This document shows, piece after piece, positions 9,784 to 17,582 of a stretch of 32,000 nucleotides of DNA; the first letter of the stretch is position 1, and every line of letters starts with the position of its first letter. Source of the stretch: Candidatus Saccharimonadota bacterium (GTDB lineage: Bacteria > Patescibacteriota > Saccharimonadia > Saccharimonadales > Saccharimonadaceae); the NCBI GenBank assembly GCA_016700015.1, contig CP064995.1:900001-932000 (forward strand), given 5' to 3'. The notes under the pieces are model-generated. The model ran no database searches. It saw only the letters and a list, made by a program, of their open reading frames with translations, and was not told where the DNA came from. The translations under genes and the position numbers were made by a program.

Positions 9784-10147
9784 GCTACTGAGTTTCATAG
9801 ACGGATTTATAAAAGGCTACGGCTATGGGCCGAGCTACCGCGAGATTATGCGGGCACTCGACTACAAAAGCGTGTCAACAGTCGCCACGCATGTGAATGG
9901 GCTGATTGCTCGTGGTTGGTTGGTCAAAAAAGACAACTCGGCACGCACACTCGAAGTGGTTCATCCTAGTGAAAGCGCAGTGCTGAGTGTCGGCACGGTC
10001 GCTTCGACTGCCGAGCAAACGATTCTGAAGAAAATTGAGGAACTGCGTGGTACCGACAACGATGCTCACGCCAAAGACATCGCAACGCTCACTGATACCT
10101 TGCGCATCTTGGGCTACGACACCAACGGTGGCAAAACCATAGTATAA
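9752..10147 (+). CDS. LexA-type winged-helix DNA-binding protein lacking the S24 peptidase domain (131 aa)
   Basis: The N-terminus PTKKQRELLSFIDGFIKGYGYGPSYREIMRALDYKSVSTVATHVNGLIARGWLVKK..RTLEV parallels the LexA N-terminal domain. No Ser/Lys autopeptidase segment follows. GGGAG lies 8 nt upstream of the ATG, and the gene overlaps the upstream gene by 32 nt. Confidence 0.75.
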   Translation: MEQRPTKKQRELLSFIDGFIKGYGYGPSYREIMRALDYKSVSTVATHVNGLIARGWLVKKDNSARTLEVVHPSESAVLSVGTVASTAEQTILKKIEELRGTDNDAHAKDIATLTDTLRILGYDTNGGKTIV

Positions 10148-10155
10148 TAAAAACT

Positions 10156-11880
10156 ATGCATAAGCTAAAAGCAAGAGCTGTAGCGCTCTTGGCACGAGTT
10201 GATTGGAAAAAGTACGGTACATACATTGGGCTCAGCACTGTTGCTGTGTTGTTGTTGGTGCAGCTATTCTACCCAACTGATCGGCTACTTCCATTTACGC
10301 GCATCGACAGTGTTGCGGTTGGTGGTATGACGAAGGCCGAAGCGACGGCCAAAATAAACAGTGCCTACAAACAATACAAAGCTGACATTTATATGGGCGT
10401 TGACACCAAGCCGTTTGTGTCGCCCAAGCTCGCCGATATCGATGTTGTTGTTGACAACACGGCGCGCATAAAAGCACTCGACTACCCGTTTATTGTCCGG
10501 CTTATACCCACCTCGCTATTTTGGGCGGGCGCTAAGCAATCGGTGGTGCCGGCGCCAGTTTTTGGTAGTAAATTTGAAGTGTTTGTCGACGCATCGCTCA
10601 TGAAAGAATGCACCAAGCAGCCGGTAAACGCGACACTGAAGGCTACCGGCGAGTCGCTCGATGTTGTTCCGGCGGTACCTGGCGGGCAGTGTGACCGGAC
10701 CGATGTACTAACAGCGCTTAAGAAAATGCAGCCTAAAGTTGGCACAGCGACTGTGGTAAAAGTAGGCCAGAAAGTTATTCAGCCAGCAATTACTGACGTG
10801 GCCGCCCAGGCACTGGCCAAGGCGCTCAACGTCCGCTTGGCGCGCGGTATCCAGCTACAAGTGGGCGATAGTCAACAGACACTACCTGCTGGCGATGTGA
10901 TGAGCTGGCTTGATTTTATAGTAGACGGTACCGAGCTCGCGCCAACAGTGAACACCGACCGTGCCGGTGCTTATTTGTCGAGCAATATCGCGCCAAAAGT
11001 TGCGGTGAAGCCAGGCGTATCATATATTACCACCGTCGATTTCACCGAAACATCTCGGGTGAACGGTACGAACGGTCAGGCACTCGATAGTGTAAAAACG
11101 GCCAAATCGATCGAGGCGGTGGTAGATGGCAGCGCACAGACGGCGATTGCGCTCACCACTATGGTGCCGCCGACTGAACAATACACACGCAGTTATAGCC
11201 CGACCGATGCTGGGTTATCGGCTCTACTTGCAAACTATGCCAAAGACCACTCGGGCACATTTGGCATTTCGCTGGTCGAACTCGACGGCAAAAAACGTCG
11301 CGCCAGTAGTGACGGCGACAAGAAGTTTGTGACTGCGAGCACCTATAAATTGTTTGTTGCCTATAGTGTGCTGAAGCGAATCGATGAAGGCACGCGTAGC
11401 TGGGACACCGATGGCGCGTGCTTTAACAAAATGATTAGCAACAGCGACAATGCTTGCGCCGAAAGTTTGCAAACGTCGCTCGGCGGCGGATCGATCAGCA
11501 AAGGCGCGTCGCTTATTACCAAAGACATTAAAGCTATTGGCCTAAGCAATAGCAACTTCACCGAAGCAGGCGGGCCGTTTACCACAGCGAACGACTTAGC
11601 GCTGCTGCTCGGCATGTTGCAGAGCGGGCAAAATTTTAGCCCGACCAATCGCGAGCGACTGATCAATGCCATGCTGGCCAATGTGTACCGCAAGGGCATT
11701 CCGGCTGGCGCTAGCGGCAGTGTGGCCGACAAAGTGGGCTTCATGGACGGCCTACTGCACGACGCGGCTATTGTATATAGCCCCAGTGGCACCTACGTGC
11801 TGGTAGTTATGACTAGCGGTAGTAGCTGGGCAACCATCGCGGATCTTGCGAGCCAAATCGACACGCTTCGAGCTAAATAG
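10156..11880 (+). CDS. Membrane-anchored serine hydrolase with a C-terminal class-A beta-lactamase-like (Beta-lactamase2) domain
   Basis: There is an N-terminal TM helix (YIGLSTVAVLLLVQLF). The C-terminal motifs are SxxK (ASTYKLF), SDN (SNSDNAC) and a KxG variant (DKVGFMDG). The middle region is of unknown fold, possibly VanW-like repeats. Confidence 0.78.
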   Translation: MHKLKARAVALLARVDWKKYGTYIGLSTVAVLLLVQLFYPTDRLLPFTRIDSVAVGGMTKAEATAKINSAYKQYKADIYMGVDTKPFVSPKLADIDVVVDNTARIKALDYPFIVRLIPTSLFWAGAKQSVVPAPVFGSKFEVFVDASLMKECTKQPVNATLKATGESLDVVPAVPGGQCDRTDVLTALKKMQPKVGTATVVKVGQKVIQPAITDVAAQALAKALNVRLARGIQLQVGDSQQTLPAGDVMSWLDFIVDGTELAPTVNTDRAGAYLSSNIAPKVAVKPGVSYITTVDFTETSRVNGTNGQALDSVKTAKSIEAVVDGSAQTAIALTTMVPPTEQYTRSYSPTDAGLSALLANYAKDHSGTFGISLVELDGKKRRASSDGDKKFVTASTYKLFVAYSVLKRIDEGTRSWDTDGACFNKMISNSDNACAESLQTSLGGGSISKGASLITKDIKAIGLSNSNFTEAGGPFTTANDLALLLGMLQSGQNFSPTNRERLINAMLANVYRKGIPAGASGSVADKVGFMDGLLHDAAIVYSPSGTYVLVVMTSGSSWATIADLASQIDTLRAK

Positions 11881-11919
11881 AATACTACTATTGACAAAAG
11901 CACAAATAGTAGTATTTTT
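11881..11919 (+). terminator. Rho-independent terminator-like hairpin immediately after the hydrolase gene
   Basis: A perfect 12-bp inverted repeat AATACTACTATT (11881-11892) / AATAGTAGTATT (11905-11916) has a 12-nt loop and is followed by TTT. The loop contains TTGACA (11891-11896), a possible -35 for the next gene. Confidence 0.6.
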
Positions 11920-11962
11920 AAGATTAGTTAGCTAAGAAATTACTGAAGGAGTGTTTCACACG

Positions 11963-13144
11963 ATGGCAACGCTATTACCTATAAAAGAAAGAACTACCAA
12001 TACGCGGGAAGAGCAGCTCATTTCCCATAAGCACGAGCTCGAGATTACCGATGATTCGGCGCGATGGTTGGAGCTTGCTGAGCGCTACGAGGTGCCCGTA
12101 GAAGAGGTTGCGCTTATTGATTTCAATCGCAGCGGAGTGGCACTGCCAAACGGTGAAGTACCCGTGAATTTTCGGGTGCGTTTTAAGGGAATATTGATGG
12201 ATGGAGCGGGTGGCTCATCGTGGTATGCGTTGCCGGTTCGCAGTGAAGGCGATACAAATTTTGTGGCAATTGACGATGGGTTACAGTTCGGAGGGCGACC
12301 AATTGGTACTATCGAAAGCCTCATGCTCGATACGTGCGAAGCATCGTATCAAAGGGGTCCGCACCTGCTCAATCTCAATAGCCGTAGCCGCAGTAACTGT
12401 GGTGGTTGTCGGGCATGTGTGCACAATTATAAGAATCTTTACGATGAAACTGTTATTCGTGACCAAGACCAACTAATGACCGAGGCTGATTTAGAGGCAT
12501 TTTTCGATGCAAAAACAGCAGATGGACTTGATGTTGCTGCATTGCAACAAATCGCGGTAGTAACTGGACTATTTGGCAGTGAACAGGCGGTCGTAGACCA
12601 CATGAAACTAGTAGCCCACGTTGCGGCTAAGCGCGGGTTTGCGGGCGAGTTAATGTATTTTGGCTGCGAAGTTAATTCAGAAGCGGCGCTTGAAGAGCTC
12701 GCCGGTCTTGGCAACTTCGCTCTCGTATACGCTATCGACAACTTTACTCATCGTGACAGGTTGCTCACCAAAACAAAATCACTCATCACCCTTGAAGATG
12801 CGCGCCGAACACTTGAACTCGCGAAGTCGAAGGGCATCGCCACCAACTTTGCGTATATTGCTGGCCTTGACCCAATCGAGGACATGACTGCTGGTTTTAC
12901 GTATCTTCGCGATTCTCTCACGCGCTTTCCTATCGTCAACGTGTACCAGGTGCAGACTACCAGCCAGGTAAAGGCCATGGATCCTGCGGCAAAGGGCCTC
13001 GAGTACTACGTGCAAGCTCGTAAAGCGATCGAGTCAGCTATGCAAGGAAGCGATTTACTACCAGTACGCTGGGAAAATTACCGTCCATTGTGGTACAACT
13101 GGTATGATGGTGAACCACTTGCTACAAAACCGTATGGAGACTAA
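11963..13144 (+). CDS. Hypothetical protein with a CxxCxxC cysteine cluster (possible Fe-S/metal site)
   Basis: The long ORF has AGGAG at 11946-11950, which favours ATG 11963 over the GTG at 11951 reported in the ORF track. The cluster is SRSRSNCGGCRACVHNY. I do not recognise the family. Confidence 0.6.
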   Translation: MATLLPIKERTTNTREEQLISHKHELEITDDSARWLELAERYEVPVEEVALIDFNRSGVALPNGEVPVNFRVRFKGILMDGAGGSSWYALPVRSEGDTNFVAIDDGLQFGGRPIGTIESLMLDTCEASYQRGPHLLNLNSRSRSNCGGCRACVHNYKNLYDETVIRDQDQLMTEADLEAFFDAKTADGLDVAALQQIAVVTGLFGSEQAVVDHMKLVAHVAAKRGFAGELMYFGCEVNSEAALEELAGLGNFALVYAIDNFTHRDRLLTKTKSLITLEDARRTLELAKSKGIATNFAYIAGLDPIEDMTAGFTYLRDSLTRFPIVNVYQVQTTSQVKAMDPAAKGLEYYVQARKAIESAMQGSDLLPVRWENYRPLWYNWYDGEPLATKPYGD

Positions 13145-13675
13145 ATGCTCACTCTTCACGCGAGCGATTCAAGCGCTGTAGCGCTATTTCAGCGCACGCA
13201 TGCTCAGCTGGCAACACTATTGCCGGAAGCAATTTCAATTGAACATGTGGGCAGCACTGCGGTGCCTGGCTTAGCTGGCAAAGGCATTGTGGATATTGTC
13301 ATTGGACTGGCCGACGAGCAAAGGTTGAATGATGCGGCGGCTATACTAACACGGCACGGTTACTATGCTGCACGTGACGCAGCCAAGCGCACTGACCGCG
13401 TATTTATGGCATCTCGGCAGGAAGAAACTGGTCCCGGAGATATTCATCTTCACCTGGTGTTGCAACCAAGCACAACCTACGATGGTTTTATTGCGCTTCG
13501 TGATTATTTATGTGAGCATCCGCAAATAGCCGCAGATTACTATGAAGCCAAACAGCGCTTCGCCAAACAATCAGCATACGACCGCGAAACGTACAAAACG
13601 CTCAAGGGTGAATATGTATCGGAATTACTAAAAAAAGCGCTTGAATGGCGCAAAAGACCTAGTAACGGGCACTAG
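13145..13675 (+). CDS. GrpB-family (UPF0157, nucleotidyltransferase-fold) protein
   Basis: Family-typical strings are present: IEHVGSTAVPGLAGKGIVDIVIG, IHLHLV and LRDYLCEHPQIAADYYEAK. The ATG directly abuts the upstream stop. Confidence 0.85.
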   Translation: MLTLHASDSSAVALFQRTHAQLATLLPEAISIEHVGSTAVPGLAGKGIVDIVIGLADEQRLNDAAAILTRHGYYAARDAAKRTDRVFMASRQEETGPGDIHLHLVLQPSTTYDGFIALRDYLCEHPQIAADYYEAKQRFAKQSAYDRETYKTLKGEYVSELLKKALEWRKRPSNGH

Positions 13676-13728
13676 GTGTATACGGGTGTTTACACCGAAA
13701 GGTATATAAGCTAAAATAACACCTGTAT

Positions 13729-13749
13729 CTGCGCGCTTTATGCGCGCAG
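13729..13749 (+). terminator. GC-rich hairpin between the grpB-like gene and the tRNA (no U-tract)
   Basis: CTGCGCGC-TTTAT-GCGCGCAG forms an 8-bp perfect stem. It lacks a downstream T-run, so its role as a terminator is uncertain. Confidence 0.3.
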
Positions 13750-13768
13750 AAGCACCTGGTAAATATAT

Positions 13769-14070
13769 TCCGGCATAGCTCAGTGGTAGAGCGGATCGCT
13801 GTCGAAGTTGGCAGCCCGCGCAAGCGATTGTGCGGTGACAATGGGGTGAATTGCGGGAAACCTGCGGTCGCGAGACTATGGTAATCCGCAGCCAAGCCGA
13901 AGTTGGGTTAAAAGACTTCGGAAGGTTCAGAGACTAGGACATGAGCCCAACAATACGTGTCCATTAGCGCCCCACATCCCACGTGGATGATGAGATAGTC
14001 CGTTTCAGTGCGAAAGCAATGAGTAAAAGTAACGATTAGGTCGCTGGTTCGAGCCCAGCTGCCGGAGCCA
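13769..14070 (+). tRNA. tRNA-Asn(GUU) gene interrupted in the anticodon loop by a group I intron; CCA is encoded
   Basis: Exon 1 is 13769-13802 and exon 2 is 14030-14070. The acceptor stem is TCCGGCA/TGCCGGA, the D arm is GCTC-AGTGGTA-GAGC, the anticodon stem is GATCG/CGATT and the T arm is GCTGG-TTCGAGC-CCAGC. The discriminator is G, followed by CCA. The spliced loop is CU-GUU-AA. The spliced sequence resembles Bacillus/E. coli tRNA-Asn as I recall them. Confidence 0.88.
13803..14029 (+). ncRNA. Group I intron (227 nt, no ORF)
   Basis: The 5' exon ends in U (13802), which forms a U.G wobble in P1 (GCUGU|C 13798-13803 with GGCAGC 13810-13815). The intron ends in G (14029). Visible helices are P2 (13816-21/13830-35), P6 (CCGAAGU 13897-903/ACUUCGG 13915-21) and P7 (GACUA 13932-36/UAGUC 13996-14000). 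The core strings GCAGCCAAGCC and CAGAGACUAGGAC resemble bacterial tRNA group I introns as I recall them. Confidence 0.8.
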
Positions 14071-14082
14071 AGCTGAGCAGGC

Positions 14083-14290
14083 AAATACCCTGACCGGTTC
14101 TCATGACCGACAGGAGGATTTACCTCTTCAGCTAGTCAGTGATGATGAAGATCATCAAAACAACACCAAACCGAAAGAACCGTCCAAAAGGGCGGTTTTT
14201 GCGTATTTACCTCTGACATTTAGTCCTAAACCCGACTAGTTCCCTGTATGGCTGTTAAGTAGCGAAATACCCGACTGGTTCCCATGACCG
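14083..14290 (+). repeat. Three imperfect direct copies of a ~25-nt motif (AAATACCC(T)GAC(C/T)GGTTC(T/C)CATGACCG) just 3' of the tRNA
   Basis: Copy 1 is 14083-14109, a degenerate copy 2 is 14227-14251 and copy 3 is 14265-14290. ATTTACCTCT also occurs twice (about 14118 and 14204). Confidence 0.6.
14178..14200 (+). terminator. Rho-independent terminator downstream of the tRNA
   Basis: AACCGTCC-AAAA-GGGCGGTT forms an 8-bp stem (one G.U pair) and runs into TTTTT. Confidence 0.7.
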
Positions 14291-14348
14291 GAACGTTCTG
14301 ACCTCGAGAATAACGCGCTCAGAAGGTGATTTTTATGCTATTATTGAA

Positions 14349-14456
14349 GGGTCTAGATTTAAACAACAAGCTGGTCCATTTGCGGACTGTTCGTGCTTAT
14401 AAACGGGCAGCCACAAATAATCAGCCGAGCGCGAGCTTTGTTGTTTAGGTCTAGAC
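14349..14456. repeat. Imperfect ~23-bp inverted repeat enclosing a 62-nt spacer
   Basis: GGTCTAGATTTAAACAACAAGCT (14349-14371) pairs with AGCTTTGTTGTTTAGGTCTAGAC (14434-14456). Pairing includes GTCTAGA/TCTAGAC and AAACAACAA/TTGTTGTTT. Confidence 0.55.
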
Positions 14457-14481
14457 AGCCAGTGGCTGTCCTTTTATTTAT
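14454..14481 (+). terminator. Hairpin plus T-rich tract just upstream of the first island ORF
   Basis: GACAGC-CAGTG-GCTGTC is followed by CTTTTATTTAT. Confidence 0.5.
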
Positions 14482-14503
14482 CGACAGCCATACGGAGAAA
14501 AGT

Positions 14504-15616
14504 ATGGCAATAATAGTATCTCAGAACAACCAAAACGCACGACGTATCGAAGAATCGGGGTTCAACCTTGAGGATAATCTTCAGGAGTACGTTATTAATA
14601 ACCCCGAGATTATTCCTATATACGATATTGACGCAGATGCGCGACTCTTTGTTGCAGCGCGTGAGTTTGGGACACAGAGTGGCCCTATTGATGCACTTGG
14701 CTTTGATGCAAGAGGCAACATCTACATTATTGAAACGAAGCTATTCAAAAACCCAGATAAAAGGACGGTTGTTGCACAAGCGCTCGATTACGGTGCTTCA
14801 ATGTGGAGACACGCAACCGACTTTGATGCATTCATCGCTCAACTTGATGCTCACACACAGAAGCAGTTCGAAGCTACATTCAAAGATAAGTATCAGGCAT
14901 TCTTTTCACTAGATGACGCATCGGATAATTTGCTTACAATCAAAGACAATCTTGCCGAAGGTAATATCAAATTTGTTGTCCTAATGGATTCGCTTGATGA
15001 ACGTCTCAAAGATCTTATCATCTACGTGAATCAGAACAGTAAGTTTGATATTTACGCAGTAGATTTTGAATACTACAAACATGATCAATTCGAGATAGTC
15101 ATCCCGAAACTATATGGTACAGAAGTGAAGAAGACGGTTGCGAATAAGTCCGCAATACGCAGACAGTGGAATGAAGCGGAGTTCTTCAGGGTCGTTGATA
15201 CCGACAGGACTCTTGTAAGCGAAGCGCAGAGCGAGGTTGTTCATAAGTTGTGGGATTGGGCGAAAGCGCAGGGCGCACAATTCAGCTGGGGAACAGCATC
15301 AATTTACGGCACGTTCAACCCATTATTTCCGGAGCTTTTCAATCGTTCTTTTGTAACTGTTTCGCTTGATGGCTATATCCGCATTAACTACGGACATCTC
15401 GATCAATATCCTGAGGCACGTCGACATTTGCGTGATGTGCTTGCAAAACACCTCGTGGGGCAACCTCTTGATTCAGTAACATTGCTATCTGACGAAGAGC
15501 TGACGCACAAATTCCCAAGTATTTCTGCCGCGGGGATGCCGCGATATGTTGATATGATCACTGCCGCCTTTGACGAATTTATGGAGTGGGCAAGGAGCAA
15601 TCGTGGAGATCAATAA
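14504..15616 (+). CDS. NucS/DUF91-like PD-(D/E)xK nuclease-fold protein with an uncharacterised C-terminal domain (370 aa from ATG 14504)
   Basis: GGAG lies 7 nt upstream of ATG 14504. The ORF-track start at 14393 would read through the hairpin/terminator. The motif is GPIDALGFDARGNIYIIETKL...VVAQALDY (D...ExK...Q..Y). Confidence 0.7.
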   Translation: MAIIVSQNNQNARRIEESGFNLEDNLQEYVINNPEIIPIYDIDADARLFVAAREFGTQSGPIDALGFDARGNIYIIETKLFKNPDKRTVVAQALDYGASMWRHATDFDAFIAQLDAHTQKQFEATFKDKYQAFFSLDDASDNLLTIKDNLAEGNIKFVVLMDSLDERLKDLIIYVNQNSKFDIYAVDFEYYKHDQFEIVIPKLYGTEVKKTVANKSAIRRQWNEAEFFRVVDTDRTLVSEAQSEVVHKLWDWAKAQGAQFSWGTASIYGTFNPLFPELFNRSFVTVSLDGYIRINYGHLDQYPEARRHLRDVLAKHLVGQPLDSVTLLSDEELTHKFPSISAAGMPRYVDMITAAFDEFMEWARSNRGDQ

Positions 15617-16250
15617 AGTTGCGCTACGCGCATTTTACGAAACACATAAAGACAACTACTATACTCGACGTGATTCGAATGACGTCGGGTTATGGGACGA
15701 ACAGTACAAGTGGGCTATATTGCCATCACTCAACGCACAGCTTGCAGACTTTAGCGACATTAGTCGAGCAAATGTCGCGAATTTTATCTCGATTATTAAT
15801 AGCAACTCAAACAAAAGTAATTTCACTCACTGGATTGACATGGACGACCTTACGTCACTTGCGGAATTACCTTACGGTAACCAGATACTAGATATTGTCT
15901 GGAGCACAAAGCCTAGTAATGTAAGTGAAGCAATTGATACAGCCAACAATATATCGAACTCATTCGCTCCCCACAAGAAGTTCAGCCCATCAACGTGGGG
16001 CTATATTCTTGCCGCAAAAGACTGCTCGTCATTTGCCGTTTATCGGGAAGTCATAATGAAGAGACTTGTCGATATTAACCAACCGGCAAAGGCGAAGGGT
16101 CTGACTCAGGGCGAAAAGTACGAACTACTTAATGCATCAGCTAGGTTTCTCGGCGAGCTGATGTCTAGCGATAATGGTGATGCATCGTATCGGTATCAGG
16201 CGCTTAATGGGCAAGACTTTCTGTGGGTCACTTTGACCTACGCTACTTAA
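15603..16250 (+). CDS. Hypothetical protein, probably co-translated with the upstream nuclease-like gene
   Basis: The ORF is open from 15570. AAGGAG (15592-15597) lies 5 nt before GTG 15603, and the gene overlaps the upstream stop. I cannot assign a family. The features EQYKWAILP and a C-terminal GQDFLW are noted but uninformative. Confidence 0.55.
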   Translation: MEINKVALRAFYETHKDNYYTRRDSNDVGLWDEQYKWAILPSLNAQLADFSDISRANVANFISIINSNSNKSNFTHWIDMDDLTSLAELPYGNQILDIVWSTKPSNVSEAIDTANNISNSFAPHKKFSPSTWGYILAAKDCSSFAVYREVIMKRLVDINQPAKAKGLTQGEKYELLNASARFLGELMSSDNGDASYRYQALNGQDFLWVTLTYAT

Positions 16251-17515
16251 ACGACTTTTAGTGTACCGTTCTTGATGGCAATCTTGTCATGAATGCCGCC
16301 CGCGAACGCAGTCTTTTCTGTCTCAGTCCCATCACGAAGCACGTAGCGCGAGTATTCGACAAGTGGTGAAGCAAGTGTGACCTCGACACCATGCTGTGTT
16401 AGCACGCTGCGAGATATCATGTGATGTTTTTCGATTTTCCCTTGTAGCTTAGCACTAACATGAAGGCTTCGAGGATGTTTAACGATGAAATCCTCAAGCA
16501 GTTCACAGACGACGTCCTGGTTGAGGTATTTTTCGGTGCATTTCGTATTTATCTTACGAGTGCAGTTGTAATATACGAAGCGTTTGTATGCACCTGTTTT
16601 CTTGATGAGTTTTATTTTTTCCTGTGCAGTCATTTCCGACCCGCACTGCCCACATTTTAGTAGTCCTCGAAAGGCGAATGTTTTTGTGCCCCATTGACCA
16701 CAATATGTTCCTCGCGATTGTTGCACCTCATCCCACAACTCCTTTGTGACGAGTGGCTTGTGCGCTCCGTCGTACCAAGGGTTGTCCGGACCTTCTGGGT
16801 ACTGAAACCTGCCGTAGTAGAAGGGGTTAATGAGCATGGCGAGTATGCTACTGAGCGGTACCGACTTTCCGGTGCGGGTCGTAATATTTTGCGAGTCTAA
16901 CCATACTTTCAATTTCCGCCCGCTCCAGCCCTGTGCTGCTTTATGGAACATCTCTGTGATGATTTCAGCACGTTCAGGGTCGGGGATGATGTCGGCAACT
17001 CCCCCGAATGATCTGTTGATATACCCGAGCGGTGCTGTGCCCGGTCGCCACCCCATTTCGCATTTCGTCCGTATGCCTCGTTTCACGTTTATACTTTTAT
17101 TATCGTTCTCTAGCTTGGCCTGCGAGCAAAGAATCATGAGCAAAAACTTTTCATTTGGACTATTCGTGAAGGTTTGTGAGTAGGTGCGGATGTGAAGCAG
17201 CTTGTGCTGATCCATGAGATCAACAATTGAGCCAAGGTCACCAGCGTTGCGGCTTAGTCGATCTGGTGCCCATGTAAGAATTGCGTTATATTTCTCACTT
17301 TCTATTTCTGCGAGCATCTCATTATATAGTGGTCGCTGTCCGGAGTCTTTCGCTGAGTGGCTTTCATGTTTTTCGCATACTACGTTTAGGCCTTCTGCTT
17401 CTGCGAGTGCACGCATTTCGTTAATTTGAGAATCGATTGACATTGCCTGTCGCTCGTCGCTCTCTGAGCTTTTTCGAGCGTACAGACAATAGGTGAGTTG
17501 GTTGTTCTTTTCCAT
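16247..17515 (-). CDS. Large serine recombinase (resolvase catalytic domain + recombinase domain + zinc-ribbon)
   Basis: The N-terminal catalytic motif is YCLYARKSSESDERQAMSIDSQ. The recombinase domain reads GYINRSFGG...YYGRF. The Cys cluster is CGQCGSEM...YYNCTRK..KC. The ORF-track start at 17527 is a TTG, so ATG 17515 (MEKNN) is preferred. Confidence 0.9.
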   Translation of the reverse strand: MEKNNQLTYCLYARKSSESDERQAMSIDSQINEMRALAEAEGLNVVCEKHESHSAKDSGQRPLYNEMLAEIESEKYNAILTWAPDRLSRNAGDLGSIVDLMDQHKLLHIRTYSQTFTNSPNEKFLLMILCSQAKLENDNKSINVKRGIRTKCEMGWRPGTAPLGYINRSFGGVADIIPDPERAEIITEMFHKAAQGWSGRKLKVWLDSQNITTRTGKSVPLSSILAMLINPFYYGRFQYPEGPDNPWYDGAHKPLVTKELWDEVQQSRGTYCGQWGTKTFAFRGLLKCGQCGSEMTAQEKIKLIKKTGAYKRFVYYNCTRKINTKCTEKYLNQDVVCELLEDFIVKHPRSLHVSAKLQGKIEKHHMISRSVLTQHGVEVTLASPLVEYSRYVLRDGTETEKTAFAGGIHDKIAIKNGTLKVV

Positions 17516-17523
17516 TGCAAGGT

Positions 17524-17556
17524 ACAAGGTACCGCGTAACAGAGGTAAAGTCTAGT
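17524..17556. repeat. 33-bp repeat, copy 1: ACAAGGTACCGCG-N7-GGTAAAGTCTAGT
   Basis: The 13-nt arms are identical to those of the copy at 18845-18877, and only the 7-nt centre differs (TAACAGA vs AGGGGTG). It lies immediately upstream (minus strand) of the recombinase start. Confidence 0.75.
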
Positions 17557-17582
17557 ATAACGTGATACAATAGGAGGCATCT

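Noticed and set aside
11963-13144. Calling the 393-aa Cys-cluster protein a radical SAM enzyme
   Set aside because: The cluster spacing is CxxCxxC, not the canonical CxxxCxxC, and I cannot verify the fold. It is kept as hypothetical.
13659-13895. 78-aa minus-strand ORF overlapping the grpB-like 3' end, the tRNA 5' exon and the intron
   Set aside because: It is fully explained by the tRNA and group I intron on the plus strand. It has no RBS and its composition is implausible for a coding region.
13803-14029. Possible homing endonuclease ORF inside the group I intron
   Set aside because: The intron is only 227 nt and has no open frame of meaningful length on either strand.
14393-14503. N-terminal extension of the first island ORF (the ORF-track start at 14393, a GTG codon)
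   Set aside because: The extension would be translated through the inverted repeat and the terminator-like hairpin. A GGAG-preceded ATG at 14504 gives a sensible N-terminus (MAIIVSQNN...).
17516-17527. Longer recombinase start (MYLAM...) given in the ORF track
   Set aside because: The codon at 17527 is TTG. The in-frame ATG at 17515 gives the usual short N-terminus before the catalytic Y.R.S motif.
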